Shown here piece by piece: positions 49,806 to 59,544 of a DNA stretch of 64,000 nt. The DNA is taken from NCBI GenBank assembly GCA_964374105.1, contig CAYJXI010000004.1:13202-77201 (forward strand), written 5' to 3'. Numbering within the stretch: position 1 is the first letter of the stretch; each line of letters begins with the position of its first letter. Source of the DNA: an uncultured Planctomycetales bacterium. Lineage in GTDB: Bacteria > Omnitrophota > Gorgyraeia > Zapsychrales > JANLHA01. Position numbers and translations under genes: made by a program. Under the pieces are notes generated by a model, which was not told where the DNA came from, did not search any database, and saw nothing but the letters and a program-made list of their open reading frames with translations.

Positions 49806-50432
49806 ATGAGACATGGTTACGCAGAAAATAAATTAGGAAGGAATTCCCGTTGGCGTATGGCCACGGTTCGCGATCTGGCTAAGGCGACTTTAATACGAGA
49901 GAGGATTTGCACGACCAAGGCCAAGGCCAAAGAAGCCCGTAAACTTGTGGAAAGACTCATAACCTTGGGTAAGAAAGGGACCCTAGCTCACCGAAGACGG
50001 GCGTTTGCCATTTTGGGTGATCATCAGTTGGTCAGCAATCTTTTTGAAAAGACCGCTCCCCGGTTCCGGCAAAGACAAGGAGGATATACAAGGATTATTC
50101 CCCTTTCTTTAAGACGGGGGGATAATGCCCACTTGACTTATCTGGAATTGACCGAGAAAAAAGAAGTCATTGTCAGTAAAACCAAATCGCAAGCGGTTGC
50201 CAAGGAAAAACCCTTACCGCCAGTCACATCTCAGGAACCCAAAGCCCCACTGAAAGGGACACCGGAGAAAATCCAGGTTCAAGAGGCTCTTAAGACAGCC
50301 CCACAGACAACAAAACCTAAGTTCCCCAATTTGTTTCCTAAAAGGGATAAGTCTTCTCAGGAAAAAGGAAAATCAAATAAGAGTATTGTAGGAGGTTTTA
50401 AAAAAATGTTTACTAAAAAACCTTCTGAGTAA
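49806..50432 (+). CDS. rplQ: 50S ribosomal protein L17 (with about 90-aa Lys/Pro-rich C-terminal extension)
   Basis: MRHGYAENKLGRNSRWRMATVRDLA is a canonical L17 start. The conserved core ends near residue 120; the rest is low-complexity. Confidence 0.85.
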   Translation: MRHGYAENKLGRNSRWRMATVRDLAKATLIRERICTTKAKAKEARKLVERLITLGKKGTLAHRRRAFAILGDHQLVSNLFEKTAPRFRQRQGGYTRIIPLSLRRGDNAHLTYLELTEKKEVIVSKTKSQAVAKEKPLPPVTSQEPKAPLKGTPEKIQVQEALKTAPQTTKPKFPNLFPKRDKSSQEKGKSNKSIVGGFKKMFTKKPSE

Positions 50433-50441
50433 ACGATTGGC

Positions 50442-51629
50442 ATGGAGACCTTTGCCCTGAAAATTAATCGTAGAGTCAAAGAGATTGTTGGTTCAACAAC
50501 GTTAGCCATTACGGCTAGGGCGAAAGAATTGCAAGCTCAGGGTCGTGATGTTGTTAATTTTGCGGCCGGTGAACCGGATTTTGACACTCCCACCGAAATT
50601 AAACAAGCCGCCATGAGGGCCATTGAAAAAGGATTTACAAAATATACTCCTACCCTTGGAACAAAAGAATTAAAAGAGGCCATTGCCGCCAAATTCAAGA
50701 AGGATAATGTTATCACCTACCAAGCGAATCAAATCGCTGTTTCCTGCGGGGCTAAACATTCCATATTTAATATTATTCAAGTCTTAGCTGACGAAGGGGA
50801 TGAAGTATTGATTCCTTCGCCCTATTGGGTGAGTTATCCGGAAATGGTGAAAATAGCCGGGGCGACTCCTAAGATTTTACCCACAACTGCAGCCGATCAT
50901 TTCAAAATCACCAAAGAACAATTGGAAGAAAACATAACGGAGAATACAAAAATCTTGATCCTTAATTCTCCCTCCAATCCTACGGGAATGGTTTATTCAG
51001 ATCAAGAACTGAAAAAAATTGCGGAAGTTGTTGTCAGGAAAAATATTTTCGTTATCAGTGATGATATTTATGAAAAACTGATATACGATATCCCGAAATT
51101 CACTTCGATAGCCTCGTTAGGGAAGGAGATTTATGATTTAACAATAACCGTAAATGGGGTATCCAAGGCTTATTCCATGACGGGCTGGCGGATTGGCTAT
51201 TGCGCTGGCCCACCAGAAATCATTGACTATATTAATAAATATCAAGATCATTCTACCTCGAATCCTACCTCGATCAGTCAAATGGCTGCGCTGGAGGCGC
51301 TTAGATCATCAGAGCAAAGTATTCTGAAGATGCAAGAGGAATTTCAAAAGAGGCGAGACGTTATGATGGCAGCCTTAGATGAGATCCCTAAAATCAGATA
51401 TATCCGTCCCGAGGGAGCATTTTATGTCTTCTGCGATATTTCCCGGTTAGGAGATTCCCTCAACTTTTCTAAAAGAATTTTAGATGAAATCAATGTTGCG
51501 GTAATTCCAGGGGATGGATTTGGGGCTTCTGGTTATGTCCGATTAAGTTTTGCCACGTCCTTAGAGAAAATCAAGGAAGGGATGAAACGTTTATCGCCAT
51601 GGGTGAACCATTTCCAAGAGGATAAATAA
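50442..51629 (+). CDS. Aspartate/aromatic aminotransferase (PLP fold type I)
   Basis: NFAAGEPDFDTP, SKAYSMTGWRIGY (PLP-lysine region); 395 aa. Confidence 0.75.
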   Translation: METFALKINRRVKEIVGSTTLAITARAKELQAQGRDVVNFAAGEPDFDTPTEIKQAAMRAIEKGFTKYTPTLGTKELKEAIAAKFKKDNVITYQANQIAVSCGAKHSIFNIIQVLADEGDEVLIPSPYWVSYPEMVKIAGATPKILPTTAADHFKITKEQLEENITENTKILILNSPSNPTGMVYSDQELKKIAEVVVRKNIFVISDDIYEKLIYDIPKFTSIASLGKEIYDLTITVNGVSKAYSMTGWRIGYCAGPPEIIDYINKYQDHSTSNPTSISQMAALEALRSSEQSILKMQEEFQKRRDVMMAALDEIPKIRYIRPEGAFYVFCDISRLGDSLNFSKRILDEINVAVIPGDGFGASGYVRLSFATSLEKIKEGMKRLSPWVNHFQEDK

Positions 51630-51661
51630 ATTTTTATTAAAAGATATGAAAAGGAAATGAC

Positions 51662-52723
51662 ATGGAATTGAGAGACCTACTCATCATGGCCATTCAAAAA
51701 CGGGCTTCCGACATTCATTTGACCCATGATACCCCACCTCTTTTAAGAATTGATGGACAGCTTGTCATGACCAACCGCGACCCCCTCTCACGGGAAGAGA
51801 TGAAAAAGATGATTTACGGAATCCTGACTGATAATCAGAAAGAGAAATTTGAAAAAGATAAAGAATTAGATTTTTCCCTAGCTCTTTCGGGAATGGATCG
51901 GTTTCGAGTTAATGTGCATATGCAAAGAGGGGCGGTTGAGGCGGCTTTTCGAAGGATCCCTCTCTTTATCCCAAACATGAAAGAACTGGGTCTTCCTCCT
52001 GTCATTGCGGACTTTGCCAGAAAACCTAATGGTCTTGTTTTGATTACGGGACCAACCGGAACCGGGAAAACAACCTCCTTAGCCTCGATGATCAATTTGA
52101 TCAATGAAGAACGGGAGGCATTGATTGTCTGTATTGAGGACCCTATCGAGTATGTTCACTTCAATAAAAAATCTATTATCAAGCAAAGGGAAGTTTACAG
52201 CGACACCCATTCCTTTGCAGAGGCGCTGAAAAGATGCTTAAGACAAGATCCCGATATCATCGTTGTGGGAGAGATGCGGGATCTGGAAACGATTGCAACA
52301 GCTTTAACCGCTGCTGAAACAGGACATTTGGTTTTAGCGACTTTGCACACGCCTGATTGCCCGCAAACGATTGAACGAATTATTGATGTTTTCCCACCCA
52401 GCCAACAACAACAGGTTAAATTGCAATTGTCCTCAGCTTTGCAGGGGGTGGCTTCTCAGCTCTTGTTGCCACGGGCCAATGGGGAAGGGCGTGTCTTAGC
52501 TACAGAAATTATGGTGGCGACCCCTGGAATCAGAAACTTGATCCGGGAAATGGCGATTGAGCAACTCCCCACCGCTATTCAAACCGGGAGTGCTTACGGC
52601 ATGCATACCATGGATAAATCACTACAGAAATTTTATCAGGAAGGCATTATCACTTACGAGATGGCCATCACTTATGCGAAAAATAAAGAAGAGTTTAAAC
52701 AACTTTTGAATGAAAGAGGCTAA
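51662..52723 (+). CDS. pilT: Type IV pilus retraction ATPase PilT (twitching motility protein)
   Basis: Walker A GPTGTGKTT, Walker B/Asp box, His box, and the PilT-specific AIRNLIRE motif; 353 aa. Confidence 0.8.
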   Translation: MELRDLLIMAIQKRASDIHLTHDTPPLLRIDGQLVMTNRDPLSREEMKKMIYGILTDNQKEKFEKDKELDFSLALSGMDRFRVNVHMQRGAVEAAFRRIPLFIPNMKELGLPPVIADFARKPNGLVLITGPTGTGKTTSLASMINLINEEREALIVCIEDPIEYVHFNKKSIIKQREVYSDTHSFAEALKRCLRQDPDIIVVGEMRDLETIATALTAAETGHLVLATLHTPDCPQTIERIIDVFPPSQQQQVKLQLSSALQGVASQLLLPRANGEGRVLATEIMVATPGIRNLIREMAIEQLPTAIQTGSAYGMHTMDKSLQKFYQEGIITYEMAITYAKNKEEFKQLLNERG

Positions 52724-52805
52724 TCTAATTTCCCTCATTTTTTCAATCGTTTTTGACGAAAGTCAGCCAAGGTCAGCAAATTTTTAAAAATAAAAAGGAT
52801 GGGAT

Positions 52806-53885
52806 ATGGCTTTTCGCATTACTGTTTTACCGGGAGACGGGATTGGCCCGGAAGTCGTTTTAGCCATGCGTCAATGTGTGGATGCCCTAGGTTTGGGGAT
52901 TGAATGGGAAGAGCATCTGGTGGGTGAACATGCAATCAAAAAATTTGGAACCCCCCTGCCTGAGGGAGTGTTAGGATCCATCCGTAAAAATAAGGTAGCC
53001 ATCAAAGGTCCTATCGTTACACCGGTGGGAACAGGTTTTCGCTCCGTCAATGTTCAATTGCGACAATCCCTCGATCTCTTTGCTTGTGTCCGTCCAATTA
53101 AATATTATGAGGGGACAAAAGCCAAGGCTAAAAAATTAGACCTTGTCATCTTTCGAGAAAATACCGAAGATCTTTATGCCGGCATTGAATTTGATCTAGC
53201 CAGCAAGGAATGCAAACAACTCATCCAAGAAATAAATCAACTTCAACCCAGACAAATCAGAGATGATTCGGCTATTTCCATTAAACCCATATCGATCACC
53301 GCCACCAAACGGATCGTTAAATTTGCTTTTGACTATGCCTTGAAGAATAATCGGGAAAAGGTGTGTGCGGTTCATAAAGCCAATATCATGAAATTTACGG
53401 ACGGTCTTTTTTTAAAGACGGCCCGTGAGGTAGCCAAAGAGTATGAAGGGAAAATTCAATTTTCTGATGTCATTGTTGATAATTTGTGTATGCAACTGGT
53501 TCAGAACCCGGAGATTTTTGATATTCTTGTTTTACCTAATCTTTATGGCGATATTGTTTCGGATTTGTGTGCGGGATTGATGGGAGGATTAGGGATTGCA
53601 CCGGGAGCGAATATTGGTGATGGAATTGCCTTGTTTGAACCGGTGCATGGCTCCGCCCCTAAATATACCGGTCAAAATAAAGTTAACCCTACCGCTACAA
53701 TCCTGTCAGCGGTGTTGATGTTGAGATTTCTCAAAGAGGAAAAGGCTGCCGAGCGACTTGAAAATGCTGTTAAAGAGGTCATTAAACAAGGTCAATACGT
53801 CACTTATGATTTAAAACCGACCCGAGATGATCCTACCGCCGTAGGAACAAGTCAGATGGCTGAGGCTATCTGTAGGAAATTGTAA
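52806..53885 (+). CDS. Isocitrate/isopropylmalate dehydrogenase family (probable NAD-dependent isocitrate dehydrogenase)
   Basis: ITVLPGDGIGPEV, NLYGDIVSDL, GSAPKYTG motifs; 359 aa. No leu genes are nearby. Confidence 0.6.
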   Translation: MAFRITVLPGDGIGPEVVLAMRQCVDALGLGIEWEEHLVGEHAIKKFGTPLPEGVLGSIRKNKVAIKGPIVTPVGTGFRSVNVQLRQSLDLFACVRPIKYYEGTKAKAKKLDLVIFRENTEDLYAGIEFDLASKECKQLIQEINQLQPRQIRDDSAISIKPISITATKRIVKFAFDYALKNNREKVCAVHKANIMKFTDGLFLKTAREVAKEYEGKIQFSDVIVDNLCMQLVQNPEIFDILVLPNLYGDIVSDLCAGLMGGLGIAPGANIGDGIALFEPVHGSAPKYTGQNKVNPTATILSAVLMLRFLKEEKAAERLENAVKEVIKQGQYVTYDLKPTRDDPTAVGTSQMAEAICRKL

Positions 53886-53993
53886 GGGCAACATTAGAAT
53901 TCAATTGATATAAAAATAACCTCGTTCCCAAGATGGGTAACCTTACCTCGGGTGCGGGGTTCCTTATTTTTGAAGGATGGTTTTTTGTAAAAA

Positions 53994-54662
53994 ATGAAGC
54001 CGAAAAATCAACAAAAGAAACTTCTGTGCATTATCAAGGATTTAGGTCTCATAGAATATGAAAAGGCTTACCAAATCCAAAAACTGTGTGTTGAGGAAGT
54101 CCTGAAAGGCAACCCTCAGTCGTTGATTATCTGTGAACACCCCTGTGTTGTGACCTTGGGTCGGTTAGCTAAAGAGGAAAATTTATTGATCCCGCATCAA
54201 GATATCGAAAAAAAGAAGGTTAAAATTCTTCCCATTGATCGGGGAGGGGACATTACCCTGCATAGTCCTGGCCAACTTGTGATTTATCCTATTTTGAATT
54301 TAAAAAATTATGGAATGGATCTGAAAAAATATCTTTTTCATCTGGAACAAGTCGCCATTGATTTCTTGAGGGATTTTGATATATTGGCTTGTAGAAAATT
54401 GCAACAGACAGGCGTTTGGGTGGGGAAAGACAAGGTGGCTTCCATTGGGATTGGTGTGAAAAGATGGATATCCTTTCATGGAATGGCTATTAATGTCAAT
54501 ACCGATTTGGACCTTTTTTCGATGATCCGGCCATGTGGGTTGGATGTTCGGATGACCTCACTCAATAATTTAAAAGGAAGCCCCATCAATTTTCGATTCG
54601 CTAAGAATGTTTTCATTAAGAAATTTTGCCAACAGTTTCATTTAGCAACAAGCAATTCTTAA
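53994..54662 (+). CDS. lipB: Octanoyltransferase (lipoyl(octanoyl) transferase)
   Basis: LIEYEKAYQIQ, CEHPCVVTLGR, and the conserved PCG near the C-terminus (catalytic Cys region). Confidence 0.75.
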   Translation: MKPKNQQKKLLCIIKDLGLIEYEKAYQIQKLCVEEVLKGNPQSLIICEHPCVVTLGRLAKEENLLIPHQDIEKKKVKILPIDRGGDITLHSPGQLVIYPILNLKNYGMDLKKYLFHLEQVAIDFLRDFDILACRKLQQTGVWVGKDKVASIGIGVKRWISFHGMAINVNTDLDLFSMIRPCGLDVRMTSLNNLKGSPINFRFAKNVFIKKFCQQFHLATSNS

Positions 54663-54700
54663 TTTTTGGAATATGTAACTCCTAGAATTGAATTTTTTTA

Positions 54701-54958
54701 TTGATGAAAAGCGCAATGAATAAAATGGTTGTCCCGGAATTGGGGGAAGGAATTGAAAAGGCTATTGTCGCCTGCTGGCATGTCAAATCCGGCGACTTCG
54801 TCAACCATGATGATGATATCGTGGAAATGGTAACGGATAAGGCCAGTTTTCAGGTAAGCGCCCCGATTTCGGGCGTGGTAAAAAAGATTATGGTAAAGGA
54901 AGGACAAGAGGTTAAGATCGGAGATGTTTTGGCAATTATTGAACCCGATTCCTTGTAA
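54701..54958 (+). CDS. Stand-alone lipoyl-attachment domain protein (about 80 aa)
   Basis: Single biotin/lipoyl hybrid barrel: VPELGEGI...EMVTDKASFQVSAPISGVV...GDVL. The xDKA lipoyl-lysine motif resembles E2 lipoyl domains. Alternative starts lie at 54716 and 54725. Confidence 0.6.
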   Translation: MMKSAMNKMVVPELGEGIEKAIVACWHVKSGDFVNHDDDIVEMVTDKASFQVSAPISGVVKKIMVKEGQEVKIGDVLAIIEPDSL

Positions 54959-54972
54959 AATAGCAACGATCT

Positions 54973-56118
54973 ATGCTCAACAGAACAGATAAAAGAAGAA
55001 AAATTCTTCTTATGTATATTACCAAAGTTTCGGGTCATCGTCAGGCAACCATGGCCATCCAGCGCTCCTTACGTCGCTTAGATCCCAATTGTGAGGCCCC
55101 CAGTATCAACGGGTTCGAATACACATATCCTTTGCTTGAAAAATTGGTCAATCGGGCTTATATGAGTGTCATTAAAAGATCACCTAAGGTTTGGGATTAT
55201 CTTTACGATAATCCCAAAGTTATAAAAAGATCAGAAACGATTAAAAATTTTTTACATAAATCTAGCCATACAAAGCTTGAGAAACTTTTTGAAAGATATC
55301 AACCAGATACAGTAGTCTGTACTCAAGCATTCCCTTGTGGGATGGTTGCTGATTACAAAAGGACCCATCAATTAGATATTACTCTCATTGGTGTTTTGAC
55401 TGACTTTGCCCCACATTCTTACTGGATCAATGAGGGCATTGATTACTATATTGTTCCTTCTCAGGAGGTGAAGGATCGATTTGTTCAAAAAGGCGTTCCT
55501 GAAGAAAGCATTAGGGTTTTTGGTATTCCGATTCGATTAAAATTTGCTTCTCCATTGGATAAAGAGTCTATTGCTAAAAAATTAGGACTGGATTTAACAA
55601 TTCCCGTTGTTCTTATCATGGGTGGGGGGCAGGGTCTTGGCCCTATCCAAGAAATTGTCGAATCTTTGATGAAGATAAAATCCACAATCCAACTGGTTGT
55701 CATCACGGGGATCAATAAGAAGCTTGTAAAATGGCTACAAAAAGAGCGAGCGAAGTTCCATAAAAAAATTGTAACTTATGAATATGCTAGCAATGTTGAT
55801 GAATTGATGGAAGTCTCTACCATGATTATCACAAAACCAGGGGGATTAACCACCAGTGAGGCCCTGGTGAAGGGATTGCCGATGGTTATCGTTAATCCCC
55901 TGCCTGGTCAGGAGATGTATAATACGGAGTTTTTGATTAAGAAAGGAATTGGAATTCGTATTGAAAATCTTAAGGGAATTGGAGAGGAAATTGAAAAGTT
56001 ATTAAATTTCCCTCAGCGCCTTGCCTCTATGAGAAAGGCCGCCTTTGAAAATGGGAAACCCCAAGCGGCTTTAGATATTGCTAGATTCATCCTAGATCAT
56101 TGTAAGAGTCATGTTTAA
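54973..56118 (+). CDS. MGDG-synthase-family glycosyltransferase (GT28; diacylglycerol glycosyltransferase-like)
   Basis: N-terminal KILLMYITKVSGHRQATMAIQ (GGH-type motif of MGD/UgtP N-domain) and a C-terminal GT28 domain with the GG..T..E motif (KPGGLTTSEAL). Confidence 0.6.
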   Translation: MLNRTDKRRKILLMYITKVSGHRQATMAIQRSLRRLDPNCEAPSINGFEYTYPLLEKLVNRAYMSVIKRSPKVWDYLYDNPKVIKRSETIKNFLHKSSHTKLEKLFERYQPDTVVCTQAFPCGMVADYKRTHQLDITLIGVLTDFAPHSYWINEGIDYYIVPSQEVKDRFVQKGVPEESIRVFGIPIRLKFASPLDKESIAKKLGLDLTIPVVLIMGGGQGLGPIQEIVESLMKIKSTIQLVVITGINKKLVKWLQKERAKFHKKIVTYEYASNVDELMEVSTMIITKPGGLTTSEALVKGLPMVIVNPLPGQEMYNTEFLIKKGIGIRIENLKGIGEEIEKLLNFPQRLASMRKAAFENGKPQAALDIARFILDHCKSHV

Positions 56119-56349
56119 AATATTGCTTACCAAATGATAGATCCCTTGATAAGATTACTCGATGATTAGCATGACCTGCCCCGATCATAAAGGGGCAATG
56201 ACTGATTAGAGAAAGAAGTGGCTTTAATCTAGTTAGAAAATGATCTGTGAAATCGAATTTGTTCAATCTATTAAAAATTTTAAGAAAGAACGAGCTTGAA
56301 GTAAGATTGCTAGAGAATTGGAGATATCAATGGATTGCTTCTCTAAGGG

Positions 56350-57243
56350 TTGATCTTTTGGTCATATAAAGGGATGTTTAAATTTCTCTTATATAAATTG
56401 GGGCAGTTCATTGTTAATCATTTATCACTAAAGGCTTCCTATCGGTTCGCTAGTGTTTTATCAGACCTTCAATATTATCTATCATTCCGGGATAGACGAT
56501 CGGTTAAAAATAATTTAAGGATTATAGTCCCGGATGAAAAACACATTCCCGAATTGGCAAAAGAGGTGTTTAGAAATTTTGGGAAATATCTGGTTGAGTT
56601 CTTTCGGATGGCCAGAGAGATCGATAGTGTGTTTATGGAGGAGAAAATCAAGGTTGATCATCTAGAGTATGTCAAACAGGTCTTGGACAATGGGAAAGGG
56701 GCAATCATTTTATCGGCCCATATTGGGAATTGGGAATTGGGAGGGGTGATCTTAAGTCAACTGGGTTATCCAGCTATGGTGATCGCCCTACCTCATAAAG
56801 AACGTCCCGTAAATGATTTGTTCAATAAACAGAGAGAAACAAGGGGGGGGAAGGTTATCCCATCACACTCATCGGTTAGAAAATGCATAGAAACACTAAA
56901 AAATAATGGGATAGTGGCTGTTGTTGCAGATCGTGATTTCACAAACAGTGGTGAGACTCTGGATTTTTTTGACCGAAAGGCCGTTATCCCTAAAGGCGCG
57001 GCAATTTTTTCAGCTAAAACGGGTGCTGCTATCATCCCAACTTTTTTAATCCGCCAAGCAGATAACACATTTCGACTTATTATGGAAAAACCCATTTATC
57101 CTCCTAAGATTGTCAATGGACAGGTAGATCAGGAAACGCTCCTTTCGATCATGAAGCAACATACCAAGGTCATCGAAGAAAAAATCAGACAATATCCTAC
57201 CCAATGGTTAATGTTTAGAGAATTTTGGGTTAAAGATCGATAA
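56350..57243 (+). CDS. Lipid A biosynthesis lauroyl/myristoyl acyltransferase family (LpxL/HtrB-like)
   Basis: HIGNWELGG (HX4-type acyltransferase motif), the C-terminal QWLMFREFW motif typical of LpxL/LpxM, and an N-terminal membrane anchor. Confidence 0.65.
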   Translation: MIFWSYKGMFKFLLYKLGQFIVNHLSLKASYRFASVLSDLQYYLSFRDRRSVKNNLRIIVPDEKHIPELAKEVFRNFGKYLVEFFRMAREIDSVFMEEKIKVDHLEYVKQVLDNGKGAIILSAHIGNWELGGVILSQLGYPAMVIALPHKERPVNDLFNKQRETRGGKVIPSHSSVRKCIETLKNNGIVAVVADRDFTNSGETLDFFDRKAVIPKGAAIFSAKTGAAIIPTFLIRQADNTFRLIMEKPIYPPKIVNGQVDQETLLSIMKQHTKVIEEKIRQYPTQWLMFREFWVKDR

Positions 57244-57397
57244 TTGTTTTTTCCCTAAAAGGTAGAAAATTTAGGTGTCTTTCCCTCGGGTTTTCGAATT
57301 TGTAGGATTAGTCTTTTTAAATCTTCAATAAATGATAGAATGTTTGAAGCAATTGTTGGTCTTTAAGAAAATTTAATTTGACAAGGAGTGCACAGAA

Positions 57398-58063
57398 GTG
57401 AATATCTGTGTGGTCATTCCTGTTCATAATGAGGTGAAAAGTATTGGATCTCTTGTTGAATCAATCAAAAGAAAGAAATTTGATGTCGTCGTCATTGATG
57501 ATGGATCAACGGATGATTCCCATTCTGTTGCTCAAGAAAAGGGTGCTATTGTACTTAAGAATGAAACTAAACACGGCAAAGGGATGTCTCTTCAAAAAGG
57601 TTTTGAATATGCTATAGCACATCAATACGAAGGTGTCATCACCATGGACGGAGACGGGCAACACGATGTGGAAGATATTGACAAGTTTATCAAAGCCATT
57701 GCGAAGGATCCCAAAAGTATTATCACGGGGAATCGCATGGGAGATCCAGCGGGAATGCCACGGAGTCGTTATTTCACCAATTGGTTCATGTCTAGGCTAA
57801 TCTCCTGGCTGTGCAAACAGAGAATTCCGGATACCCAGTGTGGGTTTCGGTACATCGGTTGCGATATCCTGAAGAATTGCCATTTTCTGACCAAAGATTT
57901 TGAGATTGAAAGCGAAGTCCTTATCAAGGCCAGTAAGAAAGGATATAAAATTTATTCGGTGCCGGTAAAATCCATTTATCAGAACGAGGAAAGTAAAATT
58001 CGCCCTTTTAAAGACACATTCAGATTTATTACTTATTTGTTTAAAGAATGGGAGAATACTTAA
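57398..58063 (+). CDS. Family 2 glycosyltransferase (polyprenyl-phosphate sugar transferase-like)
   Basis: GTG start with AAGGAG 8 nt upstream. VVIPVHNE...VVVIDDGSTDDS (DxD region) and a DGDGQH motif. Confidence 0.7.
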   Translation: MNICVVIPVHNEVKSIGSLVESIKRKKFDVVVIDDGSTDDSHSVAQEKGAIVLKNETKHGKGMSLQKGFEYAIAHQYEGVITMDGDGQHDVEDIDKFIKAIAKDPKSIITGNRMGDPAGMPRSRYFTNWFMSRLISWLCKQRIPDTQCGFRYIGCDILKNCHFLTKDFEIESEVLIKASKKGYKIYSVPVKSIYQNEESKIRPFKDTFRFITYLFKEWENT

Positions 58064-58079
58064 ATTTTTAGGCCTAAAA

Positions 58080-58799
58080 ATGATTAATGATCGTAATTTT
58101 GAAAACTATGGTATCGGGGAAAAAGAAAATAGGATATTCCAATTTTCGATGTTAACTTCTCTTTTGGTGCATATTTTTGCCGTTGTAAGTATGCTATTAA
58201 CTAACTTACACGTTTATGGAAAAACGCAAAAGACTATTGAGGTCGTCTATCACCCCCTCCCTGCAGAAATTCATAAGAAAACTTATAAAATTCAAAAGAT
58301 ACAAACAATTAACCCCCAAAAGATCCCTCCCAGTCCTAAAGTTCTGACAAGAAAAGAGAAATCTACCGAGTCCTTGATTAAAGACTTAAATAAAAAGAAG
58401 ATAAGCTTGAGTTCTCTTGAGAAACAACCACTGAAGGTCCCCACTTTAACACAAAAGCGGATTATTACTGTTCCTGTTTTGGAGTCGGGAAAGATTTCCT
58501 ATCCTAATTACTTAAATTATAATGAACGCATTCGAAATAAAATCAAAAATCGTGCTTATCTTTATGTAGATGATCCTTACCTGCAAAATGGAGAAGTGTA
58601 TTTAACATTTGTTTTACTAGCAAACGGTGAATTAAAGATGATCAAGGTTAATCATGAGAAGTCGATAGCCAATGATCATTTACGAAGTATCGGGTTAAGA
58701 AGTATCAAAGAATCAAGCCCTTTTCCTTCTTTCCCAGGGGAGCTTAAATATCCAGAATTATCCTTTAATGTCATCATTTCTTTTGAGATGAATAAATAA
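58080..58799 (+). CDS. TonB-family energy-transducer-like membrane protein
   Basis: Single N-terminal transmembrane helix, a Pro/Lys-rich spacer, and a C-terminal segment (YLTFVLLANGEL...FPSFPGE) resembling the TonB C-terminal domain. Confidence 0.4.
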   Translation: MINDRNFENYGIGEKENRIFQFSMLTSLLVHIFAVVSMLLTNLHVYGKTQKTIEVVYHPLPAEIHKKTYKIQKIQTINPQKIPPSPKVLTRKEKSTESLIKDLNKKKISLSSLEKQPLKVPTLTQKRIITVPVLESGKISYPNYLNYNERIRNKIKNRAYLYVDDPYLQNGEVYLTFVLLANGELKMIKVNHEKSIANDHLRSIGLRSIKESSPFPSFPGELKYPELSFNVIISFEMNK

Positions 58800-59059
58800 A
58801 CGGCAGGATTTATTTTTCTTAAAATCTTTTAGACTTAAGGAAGATCTTTAGCAATCTTGAGAAAATTTTCATTTTTTAATTGAAGATTTAAGTTATGGTG
58901 CAGTATTTATATGACATTGACAACGATTTTAACATTTGGTATTTTAAACGTATTCTTTAAGAGAATGTTGGGATGATTGATAGCTTAAACTCAACGAGTG
59001 TGTTATAAGGCTTAAGTTTAATGTGAATATCTAAAAATTTAATAAGGAAATGACGCCAA

Positions 59060-59497
59060 ATGGAATTTAAAAAGTACGTGGATGAATCGTGGAAAGAGTC
59101 GGTGAAGCAAGAAAAAGAATTATGGACAAAAAGTCAACAAAAACAAAATGACCGCGGCACCCCGTCTTCTCATGATTCTCAACGATCTTTGCAAGGAGGG
59201 ACTTCCCATGAACCTCAAGAAGAGGAGCCTCTGGAGATTAATTTTATTAGATATATAACGAGCTTAGCCTTTCAGAGTTTGGTGTTTTTAGGAGAAATCC
59301 CCAATCCTATGGCAGGGAATCAAATTGAGAAGAACCTCAACCAAGCTAAACTCCTTATAGATACCTTGATTATAATCCGAGAAAAAACTAAAGGAAATTT
59401 GACTCAAGAAGAAGAGGATCTACTGAACTCAACAGTATATGAATTGCAAGTTAAGTATGTCGAACATTATAAGAATGAGTCCAAGGTTAACCAATAA
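59060..59497 (+). CDS. DUF1844-like protein
   Basis: Central FIRYITSLAFQSLVFLGEIPNP...EKTKGNLTQEEEDLL matches the DUF1844 signature pattern recalled from memory. Confidence 0.4.
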   Translation: MEFKKYVDESWKESVKQEKELWTKSQQKQNDRGTPSSHDSQRSLQGGTSHEPQEEEPLEINFIRYITSLAFQSLVFLGEIPNPMAGNQIEKNLNQAKLLIDTLIIIREKTKGNLTQEEEDLLNSTVYELQVKYVEHYKNESKVNQ

Positions 59498-59544
59498 TTT
59501 TTAATCAGTATGTGGCTCATCCGAAGGAAAGGAATCCCAATTCT

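Noticed and set aside
52724-52805. SRP (4.5S) RNA in the pilT-icd spacer (GACGAAAGTC / AGCCAAGGTCAGC)
   Set aside because: Only a 3-bp GNRA mini-hairpin is present and the SRP domain IV consensus is absent; too short.
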